This document shows, piece by piece, positions 11,988-26,622 of a stretch of DNA of 64,000 bases. The notes under the pieces were generated by a model. It was not told the origin of the DNA. It made no database searches and worked only from the letters and a program-made list of their open reading frames with translations. The DNA lies in assembly GCA_963806225.1 (NCBI GenBank), contig CAWDXG010000004.1, positions 960,001-1,024,000 of the forward strand. Direction: 5' to 3'. This stretch comes from an uncultured delta proteobacterium (GTDB lineage Bacteria > Myxococcota_A > Polyangia > Polyangiales > Polyangiaceae). Made by a program: the position numbers and the translations under genes. The first letter of the stretch is position 1. Each line of letters begins with the position of its first letter.

Positions 11988-12947
11988 CTAGCGGCGCAAT
12001 CCCGCGACCGCATCGTCGATCGCGCCGCTTTCCAGCTCCGCGAGCCGCGCGAGGAAGCGCCGGTAGTCGCGCACGGGCGGCTTTCCCGCCGGCGCCCGCA
12101 TCGCGAAGTCGGTGATGCGCGTCGTCGCGAAGCGGAGACACGCGATGGCGCCTTCGACGCCCAGCGCGTCGAGCTCGCGGTCTTCGAGCGGGCGCACAGC
12201 GTGGTAGCGCGAGAGCAGAGCGCGACACAGCTCCAGCTCGAAGCGATCGGAAAAGCACCAGGCGAGCAACGTCACCATCACATCGTACGCAAACGCGCCG
12301 CGCGCAGCGCTCTCGAAGTCGATCAGCGCCAGGATGCGCCCCTCGGACCAGAGCACGTTGTCGCGGAACAGGTCGCCGTGGATCAGCCCCTGCGGCAGAT
12401 CCGGGTCGCGCAGCGGCGCGTAGTGCGCGAGCCGCTCGCGAATACGCGGAACGGCGACGGCAAGCTCGGCAGGCGCTTCCAGTTCGATGCGACCGAGACG
12501 CGCCTCGACGTCCGCAACGCGGAACCTGCCCTCGCCTGCCACCCGCACGCCGCTCGTGTGCACTTGCCCCAGCGCCGCACCGACCTTGCCTGCTGCGGCT
12601 GCGTCGACGCGCGCCTGGCAGAGCAGGCTGCCGTCGATCCAGGGGTAGATGGCCAGCGGTTTGCCAGCGTGCTCCGCGATGTAGCCGCCTTCGAGAAGCT
12701 CGATGGGCGATGGAGTCGGAACGCCCGCCAGGGCGAGCGCGTGCGAGAGCTGCGCCTCGGTCCAGGCTCCGCGCGCGTCCTGCTCCTCGTAGATCCGACC
12801 GAAGAAGGCGCGGCCGCCAGCGCTCGCCAGGCGGAAGTTCGAGTTCACCGAGCCCGCCGCCAGCGCTTCGACCTCTGCAATCTCGAGCCCATAGGCCGCC
12901 CCGATGCGCCGGGCGTCGTCGAGCGAGAGCGGGGTGAGGCGGGCCAT
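11988..12947 (-). CDS. thrB: Homoserine kinase type II (APH-like phosphotransferase)
   Basis: GSVNSNF, GLIHGDLFRDNVLW, LIDF, LRFATTR. Confidence 0.85.
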   Translation of the reverse strand: MARLTPLSLDDARRIGAAYGLEIAEVEALAAGSVNSNFRLASAGGRAFFGRIYEEQDARGAWTEAQLSHALALAGVPTPSPIELLEGGYIAEHAGKPLAIYPWIDGSLLCQARVDAAAAGKVGAALGQVHTSGVRVAGEGRFRVADVEARLGRIELEAPAELAVAVPRIRERLAHYAPLRDPDLPQGLIHGDLFRDNVLWSEGRILALIDFESAARGAFAYDVMVTLLAWCFSDRFELELCRALLSRYHAVRPLEDRELDALGVEGAIACLRFATTRITDFAMRAPAGKPPVRDYRRFLARLAELESGAIDDAVAGLRR

Positions 12948-13219
12948 CGCGGGCACTATGCCACCACGGCTGGCAGACTACGAGACCGCGTGGAGGCTCC
13001 CCGGCCGTGATCGGTTCTCGTCCGGGCGAGTTCGTTCATGCGACGGGCAGCGACCGCACGCCGACGCCAGCGATGGACCGTCGGTGCGCGACTCCGGCTC
13101 CAACATGACGTCCCCGCGCCGCAGCTGACCCCCGCGATCGACCTCCGGACGTGTTCCCCCCACCTTGTCCGCGCCCCGGACCGGCGCTACATTTCCGGCT
13201 GGCCGCGTCGCGCCACCGA

Positions 13220-14925
<1,706 letters not shown>

Positions 14926-14954
14926 GGCGTGCAGGCCGGGCCTCGCGCCCGCCG

Positions 14955-16010
14955 TCAGACGCGCACGATCGCGCTGCCCCAGTGCAGCCCGGCGCCCAAC
15001 GCGAGGAAGCAGACCAGCTGCCCGTCCTGCAGGCGGCCGTCGCGCCGCATTTCGTCGACCAGGATGGGAATCGTAGCTGCGGAGGTGTTGCCGTAGCGGG
15101 CGATATTGGACGGGACCTTCTCCGTCGGCACGCCGAGTTTCTCGCGTACCGCGTCGTTGATGCGATCGTTGGCCTGGTGCGCGATGAACCAGTCGATCTG
15201 CTCCAGCTTCACCTTGGCCGACGCGCAGGCGGCACGCACCGAGCGCGGCAGCTTGGTCACGGCGTGCTTGAACACCTCGCGACCGATCATCGCCGGGATC
15301 ATCGTGTCGTCGTCGACCGTCTGCTGCGAAATGAAGGGCCGCTGGCGGAAGCCCGCCGGGATCAACAGCTTGTCGGCGTGGCGCCCGTCGCTGTGCAGAT
15401 CCACCGACAGCACGCCGGTGTCTTCCCGCTCGCTCCGTTCCACCACGAGCGCGCCGGCGCCGTCGCCGAAGATGATGGCCAGGCTGCGGTGGTCGGTCGC
15501 GCGCTGCCAGTCCTCCGGGCTGGGACGGCGATCGGTCGTGCCTTCGAGGATGTCCCAGTCGCGCCACGGCATGAAGCCGGCATGCGCTTCCGAGCCCACG
15601 ATCAGGATCGTGCGCGCCGCCCCGCTCTTCAGGAGCGAGTCCGCCACCTGCAGGCTGAAGATCATCGCCGCGCACTGGGTCCGGAGATCCAGCGCGGGCA
15701 CCCCCACGCAGCCGAGCTCGGCCCCCAGCAGCGTCCCCGACCCCGGGAACATGTGATCCGGAGTCATGGTGTTGAACAGGATGTAGTCGACATCCTCCGG
15801 CGCGCGGCCGGCCGCCTCCAGCGCGATGCGCGCCGCGGGCAACGCCAGGTCCGACACGCCCTGGCCCTCCGGACAGAAGTGGCGCTGGGCGATCCCCGTG
15901 CGCTGGCGGATCCAGGCGTCGTTGGTATCCATGACCCGCGCGAGATCATGGTTCGTGTAGGGGCGGCCGGGCAGGTACCGCCCGGAGCCGATGATGCCAA
16001 GACCCGACAT
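14955..16010 (-). CDS. FabH-like 3-oxoacyl-ACP synthase III
   Basis: WIRQRTGI, catalytic Cys in [26 protein letters not shown]. Confidence 0.9.
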   Translation of the reverse strand: MSGLGIIGSGRYLPGRPYTNHDLARVMDTNDAWIRQRTGIAQRHFCPEGQGVSDLALPAARIALEAAGRAPEDVDYILFNTMTPDHMFPGSGTLLGAELGCVGVPALDLRTQCAAMIFSLQVADSLLKSGAARTILIVGSEAHAGFMPWRDWDILEGTTDRRPSPEDWQRATDHRSLAIIFGDGAGALVVERSEREDTGVLSVDLHSDGRHADKLLIPAGFRQRPFISQQTVDDDTMIPAMIGREVFKHAVTKLPRSVRAACASAKVKLEQIDWFIAHQANDRINDAVREKLGVPTEKVPSNIARYGNTSAATIPILVDEMRRDGRLQDGQLVCFLALGAGLHWGSAIVRV

Positions 16011-16090
16011 ATGGACTCCCCTCTACCGAGGGCGTGAAGAATGACGGGCACCGCTCTAGCCGAGCGGAAGCGGTTCGTCACGCGGGCTTT

Positions 16091-16118
16091 TGGTTCAACC
16101 ACTGTGGTTGAACCACTG
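16091..16118. promoter_or_regulatory. Tandem palindromic operator (GntR/FadR-like) upstream of the FabH-like gene
   Basis: TGGTTCAACCACTG-TGGTTGAACCACTG; 16091-16115 is a 12+1+12 inverted repeat. Confidence 0.6.
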
Positions 16119-16134
16119 GCGAACGGGCCGATCG

Positions 16135-17962
<1,828 letters not shown>

Positions 17963-18065
17963 GTGGGGGGCGAGGGGCTAGCGTGGCGGGGACTTTCGCG
18001 CAAGTGCGGGCGCCTTTTCTTGAAGAAGCACGCAACCGGCGCCGGGCGCGCCCGAACAGGCAGGC

Positions 18066-18461
18066 ATGCGTCAGCCCGCCCTCCGGTGGTCCCTCGCGTT
18101 CATCGCCTGCCTCCTGTCGCCCATGCTGGGCGGCTGCTCCGGACCCCTATCTCCAGCGATGAACGAGTTCGAGCAGGCCCGCTACCCGGAGGCCGTGCGA
18201 CAGTTCCGGCGCGTCGAGCCGGACTTTCCCGGGTGGAGCGCGCGGCGCCGCGCGCGCTACGCGCTCTACCGCGGGCTGACGCACCTTTCACTCGGTGAAG
18301 CCCGCGCCGCCGACTACTGGCTGGGCTACGCCAAGGCCCTGTGGGAGCGCGATCCCTCGCTGCTCGACGAAGCCGACCAGGGCCGGCTCTCGTCGGCGTG
18401 GCGCAGCATGGGCCACATGGACGGCGAGGACTCGGTGCGACTGGTCGCGCGTCGGCGCTGA
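18066..18461 (+). CDS. Small lipoprotein, TPR-like
   Basis: Lipobox LGGC; helical YALYRGLTHLSLGE...AADYWL. Confidence 0.7.
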   Translation: MRQPALRWSLAFIACLLSPMLGGCSGPLSPAMNEFEQARYPEAVRQFRRVEPDFPGWSARRRARYALYRGLTHLSLGEARAADYWLGYAKALWERDPSLLDEADQGRLSSAWRSMGHMDGEDSVRLVARRR

Positions 18462-18495
18462 GCGGGGCGGCGCTTCCGGACGGCGCCGGCGCCGG

Positions 18496-18948
18496 CTACT
18501 TCAGCGCTTCCGGCACGCGCCGCAGCGCGCTGTGAACGGCCGCGTTCATGGCGTCGATCTCCGCCTCGCGCGTGCGACGGGCGCCATCCACGGCTTTCGC
18601 ACGGCCATGCAGGATCGCGTGCAGCTCGCCGCCGCGCGCGCGGCGCAGAGTCGCAGACACGACGCAGGTAGCTTCGGCGCCGTCGTCATGCCTGGCCGCG
18701 TGCAGGCGAACCAGCGCCGCCGAGAGCACGAAGCGCTCCCGGGTCCGCGCCTTGCCGAAGTCGATGCGCAACAGCTCGCGCTTCACGGCCGCGCGGAACA
18801 GCGGCACGAACGACCTGCCCGGCGCGTGCGCCGTTACCTCGCCTAGCGAGACCGGGCGCTGCCCGCCGTCCGCCGGCGCCGCCATCAGCAGCGTCGAAAC
18901 AAACAGCACCGCTCCCAGAACAGATCCCGCACGTCGAGGCCCACGCAT
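18496..18948 (-). CDS. Hypothetical secreted protein
   Basis: Signal-peptide-like N-terminus; GGAG RBS; coding-like frame. Confidence 0.6.
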   Translation of the reverse strand: MRGPRRAGSVLGAVLFVSTLLMAAPADGGQRPVSLGEVTAHAPGRSFVPLFRAAVKRELLRIDFGKARTRERFVLSAALVRLHAARHDDGAEATCVVSATLRRARGGELHAILHGRAKAVDGARRTREAEIDAMNAAVHSALRRVPEALK

Positions 18949-19123
18949 GCTCGCGCTCCCTTCGCAAAGACACCACGACCGCCCCGTCCCGCGGCAACCT
19001 GTCGGGGCTCTTCGGAGCAGTCGTCTTGTCGGGTATCAGGACGGAGCCGACGGGGCCAAGTTCATCGCGGCGCGGATGCGTGCACCAGCTCGATCCGCTG
19101 CCCGACGTGCCGGCTCGCGCCGC

Positions 19124-19615
19124 CTACCGGTGCCCCACGATCCGGTCGAGATCGATGGTCTCGTCCCAGGCCGTCTCGTAGCCGTTGTAGTGGACGCGGA
19201 AGCGAGTGGGGCTGATGACTTCGATGATGGTGGCCTTGTAGTTGGAGCCGCGCCAGGAGACGTGAACGCGATCGCCGACCTTGTAGGCGCTCACCGGCTC
19301 GGCGGAGCTCGACGCCTTCGGGTTGATGCCGGCGGCGCGGGCCACGTTCGCGGGAGGCGGCGGCGGCGTCACGTGTCCCTGCACCCGACCCTTGATGCGG
19401 TCGAGGCTGACGTCGCCGTCCCAGCGCGCATCGTAGCCGTCGAAGTGGACGCGATAGCGCGTGCGGCCCTTCTTTTCGATGATGTAGGCGGGGTAGTCCC
19501 TGCCATCCCACTCCACCATCACGTGCTCGCCGACGCGGTACGGCTTCTTGCAGCCGGTCAGCACGAGCGCCGACAGCAACAGAGCCACCAGAAGCGCGCG
19601 CTGGAGTGCGCTCAC
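19124..19615 (-). CDS. Lipoprotein with two Tudor/chromo-barrel (Agenet-like) domains
   Basis: Lipobox LTGC-KK; YRVGEHVMVEWDG...YRVHFDGYDARWD and YKVGDRVHVSWRG...FRVHYNGYETAWDE; GTG start overlaps the patatin stop. Confidence 0.8.
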   Translation of the reverse strand: MSALQRALLVALLLSALVLTGCKKPYRVGEHVMVEWDGRDYPAYIIEKKGRTRYRVHFDGYDARWDGDVSLDRIKGRVQGHVTPPPPPANVARAAGINPKASSSAEPVSAYKVGDRVHVSWRGSNYKATIIEVISPTRFRVHYNGYETAWDETIDLDRIVGHR

Positions 19616-20687
19616 GTCGTCTCCCGCGTGCGCCAGCCCGCGTGCGAAAACGCCGGCGAACCCGCCTCGAACCACTTCGACATGCGCGCGCGCGTGGTGC
19701 GGTAGGCGTATTCGAGGATGTTGCGCCGCGCCGCGAAGCTCGCCGGATTGTACATGAACAGGATGCCGTCGGTGGGCTCGGGCTCGAGCAGCACGACGTC
19801 TGACCTTGCCCTCGGCCTCCAGCCGGGCGCACGCCTCCTGCACCAGCTTGTGCATGCCGATGCGCAGCGCCTGGTTCATCACCCACATGAGGCCCTTGTC
19901 GCGCACGCTCGTGCGGCGGCCGTGTCCGGTGGGCACGCTGTCGACCGCGACCGGCACCATCGGGTTGACGACCACGATCACGTCCGCGCCCAGCCGTGCC
20001 GCCACGTCGAGATGCCCGATCTGCGCTGCGCCGGCGTCGATGTAGTGGCGATCGCCGATGCGGATCGGCGAGAAGAAGGGCGGAAACGCCATCGACGCGG
20101 TGCAGGCCCGCGCCACCGGCACGTGATCGAAACCGGGGTCGCCGAACACCGCCATCTCGCCCGAGTCGAGATCGTGCGCCACCACTCGCAGCTCCCGCGG
20201 CATGCCGTGGAAGCTGTTCGGGATGCCGCGCCGGACGAAGAAGTCCTCGAGGAAGCGCTCGTAGCCGTCGAGTGAGAACACGCCAGCGGGCAGCGAGTCG
20301 TTCAGGCGATCCAGCTCCTCCCACAGCGCGGCCGGCGATGGGCCGGGCCGCCGCGACACGAGGCTCGCGGTTCCGTGCCTCAGCGCGCCGGCGGCGCTGA
20401 CCAGGGTGCGGCGCCATTCGTTGAAATCCATCCGCAGCAGATGCTTGCGTTCCAGCGGGAAGTACACATCCGCCGGATCGAGGAAAGCGCGATAGATACG
20501 CTGGACCGGGCGCCCGCCAGCGAGCGTCGCCGCGACGCTCGCGCCGCTGGAGGTGCCGACGTACAGCGTCGAACTCGTGCGCCCAGAGACCCTCGACGGA
20601 GTCCTCGAGCGCGGCCAGCGCGCCGATCTGGTACATCGCGCCGGTGGCGCCGCCACCCGGCAGGCACAGGGCTACCCGCGGTTTCAT
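19612..20687 (-). CDS. Patatin-like phospholipase (frameshifts near 20570 and 19800)
   Basis: PGGGATG oxyanion loop, GTSSG nucleophile, YIDAG catalytic Asp. Confidence 0.88.
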
Positions 20688-21502
20688 GTCGCGTCCTCCA
20701 TCCGGGCCTGCTCGGCTTCCGGGCTGCGCGCTGCAACGACCTGCACGGCGTACAGGAGGGCAAGCGTGGCTCCCCAGCCGGCCAGCGCCAGGCCGGGCCC
20801 GATGTGCATGGGGCGGGTCACGGTGGACACGCCCGTCAGGATGCCAACGATGGTCACGGTATTGAAGCCCACGTGCAGCGCCAGGCACGGCAGGAGCGAG
20901 CCGCCGACCGCACGCAGGTAGCCCAGCGCGAACGCCACGACGAGCAGCGGCACCCAGTTCCGCCACTCCAGATGCGACAGCGCGAAGGCCAGCGACGAGA
21001 CCATGACTGCACCGGCCACGCTCCGTGCCCGGCGGACTCCGCCGAAGAGCGCACCGCGGAAGAACAGCTCTTCCACCAGCGGACCCACGCAGCCCACCAC
21101 CACGAGCAGCGCAATGGCCTGCCCCACGCTTTCGCCGCGGAACAGCAGCGAGCGCGAGAGCAGCTCGGCGTTCGACATGGGAAATGCGCGCAGCACCAGC
21201 TGCTCCAGCGACTGCGCGGGCAGCTGCAGCGTGATGCCCAGGGCCAGGCCGAAGACGCCCAGCGCAGGATGTGTGGGCCTGAGGCCCAGCGCCTGGCGCG
21301 CGCCACGGCCCCTGGCGTACACGCTGAGCACACCGAAGGTTCCCAGCACGAACACCAGCGCTTCCACGGCTCCCAGATTGACGATGTCGGTGCGCGCCGC
21401 CGGGCGCAGCGCCACGATGCCGTGCGTCAGCAGGATCAGGAGCGCTGCCGCGGCCGCCGCCCAGCCGACGGCGCCCCCGTAGCTCATGGGGCGCTCGTCC
21501 AT
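20684..21502 (-). CDS. CPBP (CAAX/Abi) family intramembrane glutamic protease
   Basis: GPLVEELFFRG, FALSH, LALHVGFN; multiple TM segments. Confidence 0.9.
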   Translation of the reverse strand: MDERPMSYGGAVGWAAAAAALLILLTHGIVALRPAARTDIVNLGAVEALVFVLGTFGVLSVYARGRGARQALGLRPTHPALGVFGLALGITLQLPAQSLEQLVLRAFPMSNAELLSRSLLFRGESVGQAIALLVVVGCVGPLVEELFFRGALFGGVRRARSVAGAVMVSSLAFALSHLEWRNWVPLLVVAFALGYLRAVGGSLLPCLALHVGFNTVTIVGILTGVSTVTRPMHIGPGLALAGWGATLALLYAVQVVAARSPEAEQARMEDAT

Positions 21503-23110
21503 CACCGCCCGCGCAGATGCGGCATCACGCCGCGCTTCTCTACCGTGTCGTCCAGCAGATCGTCCCGTGTCTCGGGGTAGTCGATGGTGTAGTGCAGGCC
21601 GCGGCTCTCGTGACGGCTCGCAGCCGACGAGATGATGAGCTGCGCCACGGTGGCGATGTTGCGGAGCTCGAGCAGATCCCGGGTGACGAGGTGTTTCCAG
21701 TAGTACTCGCGGATCTCTTCCTCCAGCAGCGCCACGCGGCGGGCCGCACGCCGGAGCCGCGCGTTGCTGCGCACGATGCCGACGTAGTTCCACATCAGCC
21801 GCCGTAGCTCGTCCCAGTTGTGCGACACCACGACCGCCTCGTCGCTGGCCACCGCGGAACCGATCTGCCAGTCGGGCACCTCGGGCCGCGGGGCGGTGCG
21901 GAGCTCGGCGATCTGCGTCTTCAGCTTGTCGGCGGCGCGCCGGCCGAACACCAGCCCTTCGAGCAGCGAGTTAGAAGCCAGGCGGTTGGCGCCGTGGAGC
22001 CCGGTGCAGGAGGTCTCGCCGATCACCCACAGGCCGGGCAGCGAGGTGCGGCCATGCAGATCGGACGTGACGCCCCCGCACATGTAGTGGGCCGCCGGCA
22101 CCACCGGCAAGCGGCTCCTCCGTCATGTCGATGCCGTAGCCGAGGCACTCGGCGTGGATGTTCGGGAAGCGATCCTTGACGAAGGCGGCGGGCTTTCCCG
22201 TGATGTCGAGCAGCACGTACTCGGAGCCGGTGCGCTTCATCTCGAAATCGATAGCGCGGGCCACCACGTCACGCGGCGCCAGATCCGCCATCGGATGATG
22301 GCGCTTCATGAACGCGTCCCCGTCGGGAAGACGGAGCACCGCGCCTTCGCCGCGCAGCGCCTCGCTGATGAGGAAGCTCTTCGCCTTCGGGTTGTAGAGC
22401 ACCGTCGGGTGGAACTGGTAGAACTCCATGTTCGCGATCTCGGCGCCTGCGCGATACGCCATCGCAACGCCGTCGCCCGTCGCCACGTCGGGATTCGACG
22501 TGTACAGGTAGACCTTGCCGGCGCCGCCGGTGGCCAGCACCGTGGCGTGGGAGAGCACCGTCTCGACGGTGCCGTGCTTCTCGTCCAGCACGTACGCGCC
22601 CACGCACTGGTCCGGTCCGCCGAACTTGCTGAGCGTGATGAGATCGATGCCCATGTGCCACTCGAGCAGACGGATGTTCGGCGACGCCTTCACGGCCTCG
22701 AGCAGGGCCCGCTCGATCTCGCGCCCGGTGATGTCGCCCGCGTGAGCGACGCGACGTGCGGTGTGGCCGCCTTCGCGTCCCAGGTCGAGCTCGCCCTGCT
22801 CGTTCCTGGAAAACTCGGTTCCGAGCTCCATCAACCAGCGGATGTTGTCCGGTCCTTCGCGCACGCACAGCTCGACGACTACGTCGTGGCAGAGCCCGGC
22901 ACCCGCCGAGAGCGTGTCGGCGATGTGGCGTTCGAACGAGTCCTCGGGAGACAGCACCGCCGCGACGCCGCCCTGCGCCCAGGCGGTGGCCGAGTCGTCG
23001 CGCTCACGTTTGGTGACAATCGTGACGTCGCCGTGGCGTGCCGCGCGCAGAGCAAAGGACAGTCCGGCGATTCCGCTGCCGAGGACCAGGAAGTCGGTCT
23101 GGAGGGGCAT
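21502..23110 (-). CDS. nadB: L-aspartate oxidase (frameshift near 22110)
   Basis: GSGIAGL, WAQGG, REGGHTARR, QFHPT, SEALRGEG, HYMCGG, GLHGANRLASNSLLE, ESRGLHY. Confidence 0.95.
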
Positions 23111-23387
23111 GGGTGTTGGCGTTTTGTAGCGCAGCTTGTGCCCGGCCCGGAAATGACCTGGGCCGGCGCCGCCGCATCCCGGGGATGTAGCGGGAGTCCG
23201 GGTCGGCCTGCGCAGAAGCTTGGGCCGACAGCTGTCAGGCGCCACATTGACGCAGCGTTCCAAAGAAGCTAGTTGTCCCGCGCTACCGTCCTATCCGTGC
23301 TCCGGCCATAAGGCCGGCGATGCCGTGAAGCCCTCGCGGGCTGCGCGCGAGCCACGGTTGGGAAACACCTCATCAGGAGGATTTGCC

Positions 23388-24215
23388 GTGAAGATCCTGG
23401 TTGCGCTCAAGCGGGTCGCTGACCCGGACAACGCCAACAAGGTGAAGATCCCGCCGTCCGGCGACAAGATCGACACCACCGGTCTGGAGTGGAAGATCAA
23501 TCCCTTCGACGAGTATGCGCTCGAGTCGGCCCTGCGCCTGACCGAGAACGGCAAGACGCCGAAGAAGCGCGAGGGCGAGGTGGTGGTCGTCACGCTCGGC
23601 CCGAAGGAGACCGAGACGACGCTGCGCTCCGCCCTGGCCACTGGAGCGGATCGCGCGATCCGCATCGAGACCACCGACGACGAGCTCGACGGTCGCCTGG
23701 TCTCGCTCGCCCTGCAGAAGGTCGTCGAGGAGGAAAAGCCCGACGTAGTGCTGCTGGGCAAGCAGGCGGTCGACGGCGACACCGACCAGGTCGGCCAGGA
23801 GCTGGCCGAGCTGCTCGACTGGCCCATGGCCACGTTCGCCGCGACGATCAAGGAAGAGGGCAGCGCACTGGTAGTCGGTCGCGAGGTCGACGGCGGCGTG
23901 CTCACGCTCAAGCTCACCCTGCCGGCGGTGGTCACGGTGGACCTGCGCATCGTCGCGCCAACCAGCGTGTACTCATCGAAGACCGACGCTTCTTTCAAGT
24001 ACAACGACGGCGTCCGCTTCGCCGCTCTGCCGGCCATCATGGCGGCCAAGCGCAAGCCGCTCGTCGTCAAGCCGCTTGCGGAGCTGGTCAGCGACACCGC
24101 GCTCACCACCAAATACCTGAGGTTCGAGGCGCCTCCGCAGCGCTCCGCAGGCGTGAAGGTCAAGGACGTGGCCGAGCTGGTCGAAAAGCTCGCCACCGAG
24201 GCCAAGGTCATCTGA
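23388..24215 (+). CDS. etfB: Electron transfer flavoprotein beta subunit
   Basis: KILVALKRVAD, NPFDEYALE, GADRAI, GKQAVDGD; AGGAGG RBS. Confidence 0.95.
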   Translation: MKILVALKRVADPDNANKVKIPPSGDKIDTTGLEWKINPFDEYALESALRLTENGKTPKKREGEVVVVTLGPKETETTLRSALATGADRAIRIETTDDELDGRLVSLALQKVVEEEKPDVVLLGKQAVDGDTDQVGQELAELLDWPMATFAATIKEEGSALVVGREVDGGVLTLKLTLPAVVTVDLRIVAPTSVYSSKTDASFKYNDGVRFAALPAIMAAKRKPLVVKPLAELVSDTALTTKYLRFEAPPQRSAGVKVKDVAELVEKLATEAKVI

Positions 24216-24233
24216 GGCGAAGGAGCAACGAAA

Positions 24234-25215
24234 ATGGCAGACGCACTGGTAGTTGCAGAGCTCACCGAAGACGGCAAGGTCAGGAAGACCACCCTTTCCG
24301 CCATCACGATGGCCCAGTGAGGCCGCGCCAGCACTCGGCGGCTCGTTCTCGATCCTGGTGATCGGCGCGGGCGCCAAGGCCGCGGCAGCCGACCTGACCG
24401 GCTACGGCGCCGCGAAAGTCCTGGTCTGCGACGACGCCTCGCTGAAAAACTACGTCGCCGAGCAGTTCGCTCCGACGGTGGCCGAGGTCGGCAAGGGCTT
24501 CGGCCTGATCTGCGCGGCCGCGTCCAGCTACGGCAAGGACCTGTTGCCGCGCGTCGCAGCCCGGCTCGACGCCGCCTACGCCAGCGACTGCGCGGCGGTG
24601 TCGGGCGAGGGCGGCAAGCTGGTGTTCAAGCGTCCGATGTTCGCAGGCAACGCCTACGGCTACTGCGAGCTCACGACGAACATCAAGGTCGCGAGCGCCA
24701 GGCAGAGCGAGTTCGACGCGGCCCAGCCGGGCGGTGGCTCGTCGCCACTGGAGGACGTGGCCAAGGTCGCGCCCGGCCAGGGCGCAAGCCGGGTCGAGTT
24801 CGTCTCGCTCGATGCCGTCAAGAGCGAGCGTCCGGAGCTGACCGAAGCCGACGTGGTGGTGTCCGGCGGCCGCGCCGTGAAGGAGAAGTTCTTCGACATC
24901 ATCGAGCCGCTCGCCGACACGCTGGGCGCCGCCATCGGAGCCAGCCGCGCGGCGTGCGACGCGGGCTACGCGCCGGGCGACTTCCAGGTCGGGCAGACGG
25001 GCAAGATCGTCGCGCCGAGCCTGTACATCGCGATCGGCATCTCGGGCGCCATCCAGCACATCGCCGGCATGAAGGGCTCGAAGACGATCGTCGCCATCAA
25101 CAAGGATCCGGAGGCGCCGATCTTCCAGATCTCGGACTACGGTCTGGTGGCGGACCTGTTCCAGGCCGTGCCGGAGCTGACCGAGGCGCTGAAGAAGCAC
25201 AAGGCCGCGCAGTAG
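24234..25215 (+). CDS. etfA: Electron transfer flavoprotein alpha subunit (frameshift near 24318)
   Basis: [39 protein letters not shown]. Confidence 0.95.
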
Positions 25216-25355
25216 GCGGCGGCAGAAGGCGCTGCCGGGGCGCGAGCGGCAGCGAGCAGAGCGGGTGGCGGAAGCCCCCGCTGTGCTTGACAGAACCCCT
25301 TCGACGGAACAATCTCGCGCGCCCGCCGGCACAGAAAGCCGGCGGGCAGCAGCCA

Positions 25356-25429
25356 CGGGGCGTAGCGCAGTTTGGTAGCGCGCACGGTTCGGGTCCGTGA
25401 GGTCGGCAGTTCGAATCTGCCCGCCCCGA
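25356..25429 (+). tRNA. tRNA-Pro (CGG)
   Basis: Acceptor stem CGGGGCG/CGCCCCG, D-arm GCGCAGTTTGGTAGCGC, anticodon arm CACGG-TTCGGGT-CCGTG, T-arm GGCAG-TTCGAAT-CTGCC; CCA not encoded. Confidence 0.96.
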
Positions 25430-25526
25430 CAAATCCCGCTCAGGAGACATCGTAGCGACGATGCGCTCCGCGGCGGACGCGGCCTTGGCGTGCCCCCTCG
25501 CCCGCCGTTGCCCGAAGGCGGATAGC

Positions 25527-26622
25527 CTAGCGACGACGACGGCGCGACATCAAGCCAAGCCCGAGCAAGAGGAGGACGCTGGAGAGCGCCGCGCCCGGAC
25601 GGTCGGCACCGACTACCTCGATGGAGCAACTGCTGTTGGACGACGACGAGAGGCTGGTGGCGGCACCGGCGGTGCCACCCGTGCCACCCGTGCCACCGGC
25701 GGTGCCACCCGTCCCGCCGCCGGCGCACGGGATCCCGGTCACCGCGCCGCCGTCGGCATCGGTCGCCGACCTGCAGACACCGGCCTTGCTCAAGGTGGTC
25801 GACATCTGGGCCGGATCGGGAAATCCGATAGTCCGCCCAGCTCTGGCAGATCATGTTGCTGCCCTGGCAGTCGCCGTCGCAGTTGCAGAGCTGGCCGCAG
25901 ATGCCGACGCTGCCGCCACCCGGAAGCCTGGTCGACGCCACACACGCCGCGCTTTGCGGGGTGTCCTGCTTTGGATCGGAACCGCAGGCGCCTGGAATAC
26001 CGAGCGAGCTGTTGCCGCAGTAGGCGGTGCAGATGCCATCGTTCGCGGCTTTGCCCACGGAATGCAAACAGAAGCCCGCACAAGGGTCGGAAGCCGCCTG
26101 CGGGTCGCAAGACGCTCCGACGGGCAGTCCGGTCGTGGGCGAAGCCATGCACAAGCCGGTCCTCGCGTCGCACTTCCGGCCGGCACAGTCGTGGTCCGTG
26201 AGGCACTTCGGCGTACAGGCAACCGTGGAAGCGCCGCCGGCGGTTTGCTGCGGTAGACACAACGAGTCGTAGCGACCCCGGCATTCACTGCCAGTGGTCG
26301 GGTCACAACCCGAAAGGCACAACGACTTGCCGCCGCCGACCGCCACGCACTGTGCACCGGAAGCGATGACCGTGCAGTCGGACGCCTGGGTGCAGGTCGT
26401 GGTGCAGTAGCCACCTCCCGGGCCGCCGCTGCCGAAATCGTTCGAGCCCGGAAGCGCGCACTTCAGGCCCGTGCCGCAATCGGCATCGCTCGCGCACTCG
26501 GCGCCCAGCTTGTCCGCCCCCGCATCAGCAGCAAACGCGTTCGTGCTCCAACCGCACAACAGAACCAAGCCGACGGCGACGACCAGAGCACGCCGCGCCA
26601 GCAAGTATCCCGGTTCCCTCAC
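25527..26622 (-). CDS. Cys-rich secreted protein with MYXO-CTERM-like sorting signal (frameshift near 25830; start uncertain)
   Basis: Signal peptide; repeated CxxDxDC and GYCT modules; Gly/Thr linker; C-terminus SSCS...VLLLLGLGLMSRRRRR. Confidence 0.8.

Noticed and set aside
19124..20656. Apparent patatin-Tudor fusion (510 aa) in the ORF track
   Set aside because: Created by a frameshift near 19800; patatin ends at 19612 and the lipoprotein has its own GTG start and signal peptide
24318..24320. In-frame TGA in etfA as selenocysteine or programmed recoding
   Set aside because: The downstream sequence continues in another frame; removing one base restores the ORF, matching the general error pattern
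25321..25347. 10-bp GC hairpin as a separate ncRNA
   Set aside because: Lies in the tRNA leader; more simply a processing or leader structure
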